Assembly (NCBI GenBank): GCA_002269645.1
Contig: NIVC01003948.1
Coordinates: 4,104 to 68,103, forward strand
Source: Macrostomum lignano
Taxonomy: Eukaryota
Direction: 5' to 3'
Length of the DNA: 64,000 nt
Part shown: piece by piece, positions 11,201 through 22,944 of the stretch
Numbering within the stretch: the first letter of the stretch is position 1
Layout of the letters: each line of letters starts with the position of its first letter
Notes under the pieces: generated by a model
What the model saw: the letters and a program-made list of their open reading frames with translations, nothing else
Databases searched by the model: none
What the model was told of the DNA's origin: nothing
Translations under genes and position numbers: made by a program

Positions 11201-14200
11201 CCTGCTACCCTCCCGATACTTCAGGGGTCACTGACTCCCTGCTACCCTCCGATTCTTTAGGGGTCACTGACTCCCTGCTACCCTCCGATTCTTTAGGGGT
11301 CACTGACTACCTGCTACCCTCCGATTCTTTAGGGGTCACTGACTACCTGCTACCCTCCGATTCTTTAGGGGTCACTGACTCCCTGCTACCCTCCGATTCT
11401 TTAGGGGTCACTGACTCCCCTCTACCCTCCCGATACTTCAGGGGTCACTGACTCCCTGCTACCATCCGATACTTCAGGGGTCACTGACTCCCCTCTACCC
11501 TCCCGATACTTCAGGGGTCACTGACTCCCTGCTACCATCCGATACTTCAGGGGTCACTGACTCCCTGCTACCCTCCCGATACTTCAGCGGTCACTGACTC
11601 CCTGCTACCCTCCGATTCTTTAGGGGTCACTGACTACCTGCTACCCTCCGATTCTTTAGGGGTCACTGACTACCTGCTACCCTCCGATTCTTTAGGGGTC
11701 ACTGACTCCCTGCTACCCTCCGATTCTTTAGGGGTCACTGACTCCCCTCTACCCTCCCGATACTTCAGGGGTCACTGACTCCCTGCTACCATCCGATACT
11801 TCAGGGGTCACTGACTCCCTGCTACCATCCGATACTTCAGGGGTCACTGACTCCCTGCTACCATCCGATACTTCAGGGGTCACTGACTCCCTGCTACCAT
11901 CCGATACTTCAGGGGTCACTGACTCCCTGCTACCCTCCCGATACTTCAGCGGTCACTGACTCCCTGCTACCCTCCGATTCTTTAGGGGTCACTGACTCCC
12001 TGCTACCCTCCGATTCTTTAGGGGTCACTGACTACCTGCTACCCTCCGATTCTTTAGGGGTCACTGACTCCCTGCTACCCTCCGATTCTTTAGGGGTCAC
12101 TGACTACCTGCTACCCTCCGATTCTTTAGGGGTCACTAAATCCCTGCTTCCCCCAAGCCTTAAGCAACTAACGAGCCTCATTATTTGAAATCTTCCAACA
12201 AAAAATTTAATAATTGGCTTACTTCATTCTCAATCTCGCACCCCTTATCCAGGTTCCGCAAGTTCCTCATCTGGGCGCAGAACATTGACGAGAACAACCG
12301 CGCCACTTGGGAGGGCATCGACATTCACAAGGACACGGTCAAGGCCGCCTACGAGAAATTCGGCGTCGACCAGAACACCACCGATTTCACTGGGCACGCC
12401 ATCTGCCTGTATCTTAACGACGGATATATGAGCAGTCCGGCTATTGAAGCCATCAGGCGCATCAAGCTGTACAGCGAGTCGCTGGCCAGGTAACTATGTG
12501 TGTTTTAATATGAAGCTATCTATCGGAAACCCTTTAAAAATTGGTGTACTTTAAATAGTATACAGTGTACTTTAAATAGTATACTGTGTGCTTTAAATAG
12601 TATACCTTGTACTTTAAGTTGTATACTGTGTACTTTAAATAGTATACCTTGTACTTTAAGTTGTATACTGTGTACTTTAAGTTGTATACTGTGTACTTTA
12701 AATTGTATACTGTGTACTTTAAATTGTATACTGTGTACTTTAAATTGTATACTGTGTACTTTAAATTGTATACCTTGTACTTTAAATAGTATACCTTGTA
12801 CTTTAAGTTGTATACTGTGTACTTTAAATTGTATACTGTGTACTTTAAATTGTATACTGTGTACTTTAAATTGTATACTGTGTACTTTAAATTGTATACT
12901 GTGTACTTTAAATTGTATACCTTGTACTATAAATATTATATACCGTGTACTTTAATATCACTTTAATGTACGGAACAACTAATAGAAACAATATATGCCG
13001 GTATTTCAGCATTTTTAACAATTGGAATTCAAGCCAATTTTCTATTAAAACTATGTTTTTATAGTATTTTATAGTAGTCTATAGTATTAATATAGTATAG
13101 TGCTATCTCTTTTTTTAGTAACAAAGCATTAAAAGTGTCATCCCCAGATAATGCAGGCACACATGAACTACAAATTAGCGTCATCTGCAAATTTTCTCTC
13201 GCGTACACGAAAATTGGTTGGAGGGGAGGGGCATGTACTTGCGATTCACGTCCGTTTAGGACTAAACCTCCCAAGATCACACAGTGGGTGCATGTGTACA
13301 ATTGTACATGCCCTGTGCCTAAAAACCATTAAAATGGCACGCTCGGCTGATTGGTTTTATGAATCTATTTTATCATTCTTTGCTGACTGTGTAACAGTAT
13401 GTTGTAACGGAGATGATAAAATAATATTCATGAAACGAAAGAGTCAAGCTGTGCCATGCATTTTTATGATTTTTAGGTATAGGGAATGTAGGTTCAAAAA
13501 AATAGAATCCTAATTTTTTGAATGAAAAGCTTTATGAATATCAATATAGTTATAAGAAAGGCACAACATATCAAAAGATAAACATTGGTTCTGTGTCCTA
13601 TCGAAAGCAATAACAATTATTGTGCTGAAAAATGAAAACTTCCTGTCTCTAGTTGATTATGTGTCAAAAACCAGCCTCCTTAACATTTTCTAAGAAACAT
13701 TGTTTCCGTACTACTTTGATGAGATGATGAGAAACTCTGGTCTCGTTCTCAGGGGTCAGCAGAATGGGCACGAATGCTTGTCGACTGTCTACAGCGTCCA
13801 GCAGCCTTGGTTTCAATCCCCTCTCCTCTTCCCCAGGTACGGCAGCTCGCCCTACCTGTACCCGATGTACGGCCTTGGCGAGCTGCCGCAAGGCTTCGCC
13901 CGCCTGTCGGCCGTGTACGGCGGCACCTACATGCTCAACAAGCCGGACGCTGAGATTGTCTTCGACGAGACTGGCGCCGTAGCCGGCGTGCAGTCTGAAG
14001 GCCAGGTGGCCAAGTGCAAAGCCGTCATCTGCGATCCCAACTATGCCACGGATCGGGTGCGCAAAGTTGGCAGCGTTATCCGGGCTATCTGCATCCTACG
14101 GCACCCAATCCCGGACACTGGGGACAAACTGTCCGCCCAAATTATCATTCCGCAGAATCAGGTCAACAGGAAGAACGGTATGTCAATAATCTCTTTCAAG

Positions 14201-17200
14201 AGTAGTTTCCAAGAAAGTGCTTGTTTTTCTTAGAAAAAATAAAAGTTAGAAACAGGCGGACTGAAAGCTGGCAAAGAGGTGTACGGGAGCTGGCAAATAG
14301 GTGTATGGGAGCTGGCAAATAGTTGTACGGGAGCTGGCAAATAGGTGTACGGGAGCTGGCAAATAGGTGTACAGGAGCTGGCAAACAGGTGTACAGGAGC
14401 TGGAATGAATATAGGTGTAGTGAAGTTGAAAAATAGGTGTACCCGGTATGGGAGCTGGGAAACAGGTGTAATGGAAGCTGGGAAACAGGTGTATAGAAGC
14501 TGGGAAACAGGTGTAATGAAAGCTGGGAAACAGGTGTAATGAAAGCTGGGAAACAGGTGTATAGAAGCTGGGAAACAAGTGTATAGAAGCTGGGAAACAG
14601 GTGTATAGAAGCTGGGAAACAGGTGTATAGAAGCTGGGAAACAGGTGTATGGAAGCTGGGAAACAGGTGTATGGAAGCTGGGAAACAGGCGGAATGGTAA
14701 ATGGGTAGCAGGTGAAATTAATGCATAAATCGACAGTTAGTGCTATGCGCTTGTTGTGCCCTATGTTGAGTGTACAAAAAGGCATATTTTGTGTATGTCT
14801 ATGTACATTTTTCTACAAGCATTGGTTTGTGTGCGGTTCTTTCCTGGGCTTTATCAGCAGTTGGCTGCTCGATAAATTCGAAATTCAGAACAGGCCTCGT
14901 TCAAAAGCACTGCTTGATAAGGTCGGGCCAATCCCAATATTGCGTTTCGCCTTTTGTGGAAGCAGAATTTTTCGCCTTCAGTCTCGCTTGGGCTAGTTTA
15001 ACTGATTACTTTTCATTTGTGAAGAATTTGGCTATCAATAAATATACGTGAAAACAGCGGGGAGATGGATCAGAGGCGAATGGGAGAATAAAGACTAAAG
15101 AGGGGAGAATGTAAGAACCAAATAGGAGAGGGTGAGAATCAGATGGGAGGGTGAGAATCAGATGGGAGGGTGAGAATCAGATAGGAGGGTGAGAATCAGA
15201 TGGGAGGGTGAGTATCAGATAGGAGAGTGTGAGAATCAGATGGGAGAGGATGAGACTCGGAGTGGAGAGGCTGAGAATCAGATGGGAGGGTGAGAATCAG
15301 ATGGGAGGGTGAGAATCAGATGGGAGGGTGAGAATCAGATGGGAGGGTGAGAATCAGATGAGAGGGTGAGAATCAGATGGGAGGGTGAGAATCAGATAGG
15401 AGGGTGAGAATCAGATGGGAGGGTGAGAATCAGATGGAGAGGGTGAGAATCAGATGGGAGGGTGAGAATCAGATAGGAGGGTGAGAATCAGATGGGAGGG
15501 TGAGAATCAGATAGGAGGGTGAGAATCAGATGGAGAGGGTGAGAATCAGATGGGAGGGTGAGAATCAGATAGGAGGGTGAGAATCAGATAGGAGGGTGAG
15601 AATCAGATGGGAGGGTGAGAATCAGATGGGAGGGTGAGAATCAGATAGGAGGGTGAGAATCAGATGGGAGGGTGAGAATCAGATGGAGAGGGTGAGAATC
15701 AGATGGGAGGGTGAGAATCAGATAGGAGAGGATGAGACTCAGAGTGGAGAGGGAGAGGGGAAGAATTAGAGTGGAGAGGGAGAGGGGGAGAATTAGAGTG
15801 AAGAGGGCGGGAATCAGAGAAAAGAGGTTGAGATTCAGAGGAGAGAGGGTGAAAATCAAAGGAGAGAGGGTGAGAATCAAAGGAGAGAGGGTGAAAATCA
15901 AAGGAGAGAGGGTGAGAATCAAAGGAGAGAGGGTGAAAATCAAAGGAGAGAGGGTGAGAATCAAAGGAGAGAGGGTGAAAATCAAAGGAGAGAGGGTGAG
16001 AATCAGAGGAGAGAGGGTGAAAATCAAAGGAGAGAGGTTGAGATTCAGAGGAGAGAAGGGTGAAAATCAAAGGAGAGAGGGTGAGAATCAGAGGAGAGAG
16101 GGTGAGAATCAGAGAAAAGAGGTTGAGATTCAGAGGAGAGAGGGTGAAAATCAAAGGAGAGAGGGTGAGAATCAGAGGAGAGAGGGTGAAAATCAAAGGA
16201 GAGAGGGTGAAAATCAAAGGAGAGAGGGTGAAAATCAAAGGAGAGAGGGTGAGAATCAGAAGAGGGGGTGAGAATCTGATTGTAGATGGTGAGACTCAGC
16301 AGGAAAATTGAGAGAATCAGTTGGTAGAGGTAAAGGTGGACAGCAGAGAGAGTTATAGCTCATAGAATGAATGAGCCCCACACTCCATGCTGCCTCAGAC
16401 ATCTACGTGTGCGCGGTCTCCTACGCTCACAACGTGGCTTCCAAGCCGAACTTCATCGCCATGGTTTCCACCATCGTTGAGACGGCTAATCCGCGTGAGG
16501 AGCTCCGACCCGGCCTGAACCTGCTTGGCCCGATCGATCAGATCTTCTACAAGGAGAGCGACCTGCTTGAGCCCACCGATAGTGGCGAAAAGTCCAAGGT
16601 AGGCAATTTTGCTGTCGAATGTGTTGTCTTAAGCGTTTTATAGTTTCACGGCTCAGGTGTGGTATAATACGGGTTTAAATGACTCAGGTGTGGTATATAA
16701 ATACGGGTTTAAATGACTCAGGTGTGGTATATAAATACGGGTTTTAATGACTCAGGTGTGGTATATAAATACGGGTTTTAATGACCCCAGGTGTGGTATA
16801 TAAATACGGGTTTAAATGACTCAGGTGTGGTATATAAATACGTCTTTTAATGACCCCAGGTGTGGTATATAAATACGGGTTTAAATGACTCAGGTGTGGT
16901 ATATAAATACGGCTTTTAATGACCCCAGGTGTGGTATATAAATACGGGTTTAAATGACTCAGGTGTGGTATATAAATACGGGTTTAAATGACTCAGGTGT
17001 GGTATATAAATACGTCTTTTAATGACCCCAGGTGTGGTATATAAATACGGGTTTAAATGACTCAGGTGTGGTATATAAATACGGCTTTTAATGACCCCAG
17101 GTGTGGTATATAAATACGGGTTTAAATGACTCAGGTGTGGTATATAAATACGGGTTTAAATGACTCAGGTGTGGTATATAAATACGGCTTTTAATGACCC

Positions 17201-19120
17201 CAGGTGTAAAATGTGCGGCTTTTAATGGCCCAGGTGTAAAATGTGCGGCTTTTAATGGCCCAGGTGTAAAATGTGCGGCTTTTAATGGCCCAGGTGTAAA
17301 ATGTGCGGCTTTTACGAGCGTAATGGCCCAGGTGTAAAATGTGCGGCTTTTAATGGCCCAGGTGTAAAATGTGCGGCTTTTAATGGCCCAGGTGTAAAAT
17401 GTGCGGCTTTTAATGGCCCAGGTGTAAAATGTGCGGCTTTTACGAGCGTAATGGCCCAGGTGTAAAATGTGCGGCTTTTAATGGCCCAGGTGTAAAATGT
17501 GCGGCTTTTAATGGCCCAGGTGTAAAATGTGCGGCTTTTAATGGCCCAGGTGTAAAATGTGCGGCTTTTACGAGCGTAATGGCCCAGGTGTAAAATGTGC
17601 GGCTTTTAATGGCCCAGGTGTAAAATGTGCGGCTTTTAATGGCCCAGGTGTAAAATGTGCGGCTTTTAATGGCCCAGGTGTAAAATGTGCGGCTTTTAAT
17701 GGCCCAGGTGTAAAATGTGCGGCTTTTAATGGCCCAGGTGTAAAATGTGCGGCTTTTAATGGCCCAGGTGTAAAATGTGCGGCTTTTAATGGACCAGGTG
17801 TAAAATGTGCGGCTTTTAATGGCCCAGGTGTAAAATGTGCGGCTTTTAATGGCCCAGGTGTAAAATGTGCGCCTTTTAATGGCCCAGGTGTAAAATGTGC
17901 GGCTTTTAATGGACCAGGTGTAAAATGTGCGGCTTTTAATGGCCCAGGTGTAAAATGTGCGGCTTTTACGAGCGTAATGGCCCAGGTGTAAAATGTGCGG
18001 CTTTTAATGGCCCAGGTGTAAAATGTGCGGCTTTTAATGGCCCAGGTGTAAAATGTGCGGCTTTTACGAGCGTAATGGCCCAGGTGTAAAATGTGCGGCT
18101 TTTAATGGCCCAGGTGTAAAATGTGCGGCTTTTAATGGCCCAGGTGTAAAATGTGCGGCTTTTAATGGCCCAGGTGTAAAATGTGCGGCTTTTACGAGCG
18201 TAATGGCCCAGGTGTAAAATGTGCGGCTTTTAATGGCCCAGGTGTAAAATGTGCGGCTTTTAATGGCCCAGGTGTAAAATGTGCGGCTTTTAATGGCCCA
18301 GGTGTAAAATGTGCGGCTTTTAATGGCCCAGGTGTAAAATGTGCGGCTTTTAATGGCCCAGGTGTAAAATGTGCGGCTTTTAATGGCCCAGGTGTAAAAT
18401 GTGCGGCTTTTAATGGACCAGGTGTAAAATGTGCGGCTTTTAATGGCCCAGGTGTAAAATGTGCGGCTTTTAATGGCCCAGGTGTAAAATGTGCGGCTTT
18501 TAATGGCCCAGGTGTAAAATGTGCGGCTTTTAATGGACCAGGTGTAAAATGTGCGGCTTTTAATGGCCCAGGTGTAAAATGTGCGGCTTTTAATGGCCCA
18601 GGTGTAAAATGTGCGCCTTTTAATGGCCCAGGTGTAAAATGTGCGGCTTTTAATGGCCCAGGTGTAAAATGTGCGGCTTTTAATGGCCCAGGTGTAAAAT
18701 GTGCGGCTTTTACGAGCGTAATGGCCCAGGTGTAAAATGTGCGGCTTTTAATGGCCCAGGTGTAAAATGTGCGGCTTTTAATGGCCCAGGTGTAAAATGT
18801 GCGGCTTTTAATGGCCCAGGTGTAAAATGTGCGGCTTTTAATGGACCAGGTGTAAAATGTGCGGCTTTTAATGGCCCAGGTGTAAAATGTGCGGCTTTTA
18901 ATGGCGCAGGTGTAAAATGTGCGGATGTCGAGGAGCCATAACCATCCTATCATGCTCCCCCTTTCCTCGCCCTCAGGTGTACATCTCGAAGAGCTACGAC
19001 GCCACCACGCACTTTGAGACCACTTGCCGCGACGTTCTGGACGTCTACGAGCGCCTGATGGGCGAGAAATTCGACTTCAGCAAAGTGCAGGACAAGATTG
19101 TTAATGCCGAGGACGACTAA
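8229..19120 (+). CDS. Gdi: Rab GDP-dissociation inhibitor, 6 coding exons, 1335 nt = 444 aa + stop
   Basis: Exons 8229-8273, 10656-11023, 12253-12489, 13837-14177, 16399-16598 and 18977-19120 all have GT-AG boundaries with consistent phases. The joined protein [85 protein letters not shown] is unmistakably GDI1/GDI2-like. Confidence 0.97.
8812..9678. mobile_element. About 870-bp MITE-like foldback element in Gdi intron 1
   Basis: The left end GGCAATGGCTAGAGTTCCAGCATTAGAACCCATTTTCTAA matches the reverse complement of 9639-9678 with 2 mismatches. Inner perfect 17-bp IR CCATAGTCCGGATCATG (8871-8887 / 9423-9439). No clear TSD. Confidence 0.75.
10656..11023 (+). CDS. Gdi: Rab GDI exon 2
   Basis: Acceptor AAACAG|GAA, donor AG|GTTTGT; [25 protein letters not shown]. 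Confidence 0.95.
11083..12140. repeat. 36-37-bp minisatellite, about 29 units (Gdi intron 2)
   Basis: Unit GGGGTCACTGACTCCCTGCTACCCTCCGATTCTTTA, with a variant ending ..GATACTTCA. Confidence 0.95.
12253..12489 (+). CDS. Gdi: Rab GDI exon 3
   Basis: Acceptor TCCAG|G, donor AG|GTAACT; [29 protein letters not shown]. Confidence 0.95.
12545..12955. repeat. 21-bp AT-rich minisatellite, about 19 units (Gdi intron 3)
   Basis: Unit TGTACTTTAAATTGTATACTG. Confidence 0.95.
13837..14177 (+). CDS. Gdi: Rab GDI exon 4
   Basis: Acceptor CCCCAG|G, donor G|GTATGT; [37 protein letters not shown]. Confidence 0.95.
14260..14690. repeat. 22-bp minisatellite, about 19 units (Gdi intron 4)
   Basis: Units GGGAGCTGGCAAATAGGTGTAC grading into AGAAGCTGGGAAACAGGTGTAT. 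Confidence 0.9.
15125..16290. repeat. 19-bp then 21-bp GA-rich minisatellites (Gdi intron 4)
   Basis: GAGAATCAGATGGGAGGGT then GAGAATCAAAGGAGAGAGGGT. Confidence 0.9.
16399..16598 (+). CDS. Gdi: Rab GDI exon 5
   Basis: Acceptor CCTCAG|AC, donor AAG|GTAGGC; [23 protein letters not shown]. Confidence 0.95.
16650..18925. repeat. Two related minisatellites (34-36 bp, then 30 bp with a 39-bp variant) in Gdi intron 5
   Basis: CTCAGGTGTGGTATATAAATACGGGTTTAAATGA (about 16 units), then CCAGGTGTAAAATGTGCGGCTTTTAATGGC (about 56 units). Confidence 0.95.
18977..19120 (+). CDS. Gdi: Rab GDI exon 6 (terminal)
   Basis: Acceptor CCTCAG|GTG; [32 protein letters not shown]. Confidence 0.95.
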   Translation: MYISKSYDATTHFETTCRDVLDVYERLMGEKFDFSKVQDKIVNAEDD

Positions 19121-19355
19121 AGCACTGGATTGGAAGCCGTGATTGAATAACTTGACTGACTGAAACTATTATTAACGCAAAACTAATCGGTGGGTGGAGT
19201 CAGGCACTCGGTTTGTCTGCGCTCGGTTTTCTCTCTCTCTTTCATTTCCCTGGCTCTCCCCTTTTTTGTTGCTTTTGTTTCTGTTTCGTTGCTCGCCGAA
19301 AATTTCCAATAACAAATCGCCTGCAGACGGAGTGTTTACGTTCGTACAAAATATT

Positions 19356-19361
19356 AATAAA
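19356..19361 (+). promoter_or_regulatory. Candidate polyadenylation signal for Gdi
   Basis: First AATAAA after the stop (about 235 nt downstream), followed by U-rich sequence. Confidence 0.4.
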
Positions 19362-19869
19362 TATTTTTGGGTACGGATTTACGGTGATTTCATTAGCAAT
19401 ATATTAGTTATTAATTCTTAGTGTTTTAGTTAACAATCGGTTATAATTGTGTCAGATTACTAACTATAATACAATATATGCAAGGCTTTAATGTGCTTCG
19501 CCACTCACAAGCCCCTCCAAAAAGATAATGCTTAATAGTCTAACTTTATTTTTATTGTTGTTTTGTCTTGTCCCCCCCCCGATCTTCTGCCTGCCTGCTT
19601 ACTGCAACTGAAAAGCCGGTTTTGTGCGTGTTTGCTTTCTATCATCTTATATCTGTTTGTGTTGGCACTGGTATTGCTTAATTATTACTAATTATTATTT
19701 TTTTCATAGCGGTGTAGTACTTGCAGTAGTATCTTTTATTTTAGTTTTTGTTGCGCCGGACTGCCGTCAAACTGTTATAACTATTAATATCGTTATATGG
19801 CATGTTTATTTAATTAGTAATTTGTATCGCGTAAATTCAGTACCCAACTAAAATATGTGTGTGTTAGCC

Positions 19870-21046
19870 GAGATCAAACCTAGGACCACCACAGGTATGT
19901 TTGTAAACAAAGACAATAATAGGGTGCGGTCACATTGGAGATCGAACCTAGGACCACCACAGGTATGTTTGTAAACAAAGACAATAATAGGGTGCGGTCA
20001 CATTGGAGATCGAACCTAGGACCACCACAGGTATGTGCGTAAACAAAGCCAATAATAGGGTGCGGTCACATTGGAGATCGAACCTAGGACCACCACAGGT
20101 ATGTGCGTAAACAAAGCCAATAATAGGGTGCGGTCACATTGGAGATCGAACCTAGGACCACCACAGGTATGTGCGTAAACAAAGCCAATAATAGGGTGCA
20201 GTCACATTGTAGATCGAACCTAGGACCACCACAGGTATGTTTGTAAACAAAGCCAATAATAGGGTGCGGTCACATTGGAGATCGAACCTAGGACCACCAC
20301 AGGTATGTTTGTAAACAAAGCCAATAATAGGGTGCAGTCACATTGTAGATCGAACCTAGGACCACCACAGGTATGTTTGTAAACAAAGCCAATAATAGGG
20401 TGCGGTCACATTGGAGATCGAACCTAGGACCACCACAGGTATGTTTGTAAACAAAGCCAATAATAGGGTGCGGTCACATTGGAGATCGAACCTAGGACCA
20501 CCACAGGTGTGTGCGTAAACAAAGCCAATAATAGGGTGCGGTCACATTGGAGATCGAACCTAGGACCACCACAGGTATGTTTGTAAACAAAGCCAATAAT
20601 AGGGTGCGGTCACATTGGAGATCGAACCTAGGACCACCACAGGTATGTGCGTAAACAAAGCCAATAATAGGGTGCGGTCACATTGGAGATCGAACCTAGG
20701 ACCACCACAGGTATGTGCGTAAACAAAGCCAATAATAGGGTGCGGTCACATTGGAGATCGAACCTAGGACCACCACAGGTGTGTGCGTAAACAAAGCCAA
20801 TAATAGGGTGCGGTCACATTGGAGATCGAACCTAGGACCACCACAGGTATGTGCGTAAACAAAGCCAATAATAGGGTGCGGTCACATTGGAGATCGAACC
20901 TAGGACCACCACAGGTGTGTGCGTAAACAAAGCCAATAATAGGGTGCAGTCACATTGGAGATCGAACCTAGGACCACCACAGGTATGTGCGTAAACAAAG
21001 CCAATAATAGGGTGCAGTCACATTGGAGATCGAACCTAGGACCACC
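19870..21046. repeat. 68-bp satellite, about 17 units
   Basis: Unit GTATGTGCGTAAACAAAGCCAATAATAGGGTGCGGTCACATTGGAGATCGAACCTAGGACCACCACAG. Confidence 0.95.
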
Positions 21047-22129
21047 ATGTAGAACCTAGAATATAAGTTATTCCAAATGAGCTTTAGTTCATATAATTAT
21101 AATAATCAATCATCTGTCTACTTGGAACTGCTTGATACTCTATAGGCTTTATCATACACACACAGGTACGCCTTGATTGATCTTTTTGTTTCCTTGATTA
21201 TCTATCTATCTATTAACAACTTAATATCCGGTTCCGTTTGTGTTACTCTTGCTGCGTGCAAAGTTTAATTTGTTAAAATATTTTGTGATCAAAATTTGCA
21301 AATAATAATACTACTACTGAAACTACTATAATTATATTTCTGTCAGTTTTCATTAAAATAAGATCTTATTTGATTTCGCAGTCGGCTTGGCTTTTCCGTT
21401 TTCTGTCTCGCTTTCCTCTCTGATAAATTTTCATTCTGTTATTTAATTATTAATTATTAGTCTAGGCTCGCACTGCTATTGGGTGTCAGCATCTGTGTCA
21501 ATGTCGCACTTGTTTGCATAATATTCCTCTCTTTATATTCATATATAATTATCGCTTGTTTATTCACGATTCTTATACTGTTATAATTATAGTTATTATG
21601 ATTGCTATTATTTATGCTTATAAAGTTTATAAAGTAACTTACTGAGTCGCACTTGGCCCCCTCCCAATATTGATAAAACACACCGATCCTGATGATGTTA
21701 ATGATGACTGGCTTGAGCCTCTGTTGTCTCTCCGCTACCCGCTGTCTGTGCCCCCCGCCCCCTGATTTATTTGTTGTTGTTGAGGCTACAAAAATGTTGA
21801 GTATGCCATAATAATTATTATTACTACAAGTCTGAGGTTTCAGCACGCCCCGTGTGTTCCTGTTTTGGCAACACTTTAAAAAGTTATTCTGCTATTCTGT
21901 TAAGTCGTTTCTCGTCTTATATATTTAACAACTAAACAGTCTGTTTGATCTGGTCTGTTGTCTCCCAGGCTTTTTTATTTCATTTGCGTCCTCTCCTACT
22001 GCCTCAATTTGAGTAGTATAGTACGATTCCTTTAGTATTATAATACGCTTCTTATATAGAATCTTGAGGGTAGGCACGTACATTGTGCACTCTTAAAGTA
22101 CAATAATTGATCACAGCTCAGCTGCAGCT

Positions 22130-22330
22130 ATTGCGCGGCGCATCTGAAGGCTGCGTACGGCTGTTCAGTCCAAGGACTGGGGGGTCGCCACGCACACCCT
22201 CAATTACCTCAGCTAATGCAGGCACCCATTTTACAGCTGGGTGAACTGAAGCAATGCAGAGTTAAGTGTCTTGCTCAAGGACAAATTGTTTCGATTGGGT
22301 CGAGAATCGAACCTTTCAATTACTTTCAAT
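22130..22330. mobile_element. SINE-like fragment
   Basis: Contains CCCATTTTACAGCTGGGTG..GTTAAGTGTCTTGCTCAAGGAC..GAGAATCGAACC. I recognise this motif series from widespread invertebrate/fish SINEs; family not assigned. Confidence 0.4.
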
Positions 22331-22944
22331 GACCTTTCAAGTTGTAAGTTGACGATGAAGGGCTGAAGTTTCCCAATTTTGGGCACTTAATAGCTGCTTT
22401 CGGACAAGTAACCGAAAAGTGTCTACTAGTGGCCGAAATTTGGAAATTTCCAGCCACTTACAACCGAAGCAAAATGTTTAGTTGCTTGAGAGAAAATAAA
22501 AGCCACAAGCCATTAATATCGACCCCACATTCGACTTTTATAGCCGATGTGTGTTCAATAAAAAAGAGAGCAATTAACCATGCTTGGGCGATGAAAGCGA
22601 GTTATATTATGTACTTTATTTCACAACTCTTCTTCAATGACTTTCCTTCAACCAAGAAGCCAACAGTTTCTTCTGTAGTAAGCGATTTTAAGCGAAACAC
22701 ATTTGCCAACAAACAAATTCACAAATGAATACAGCCTCCAGCTTCTCCAGCGGGCTCCTCGGGCAACTATGAAGATATTAATTTATAGAGAACAAAATAA
22801 CCGAAGCAGAAAGTATTTAAAATAAGCGAACTTCGCCTTAGTAGAAGTATTCGTATTCCTTTCCTGGCCTTGGCTATACGAAAGTTGATAATGACGTCAT
22901 CGCGTCGATTGCGCTCATCGTCAGTCAGTCCTGTGACTTTCTTC

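Noticed and set aside
19870-21046. Tandem tRNA genes
   Set aside because: Only a mismatched B-box-like motif; no convincing A-box, T-arm stem or cloverleaf.
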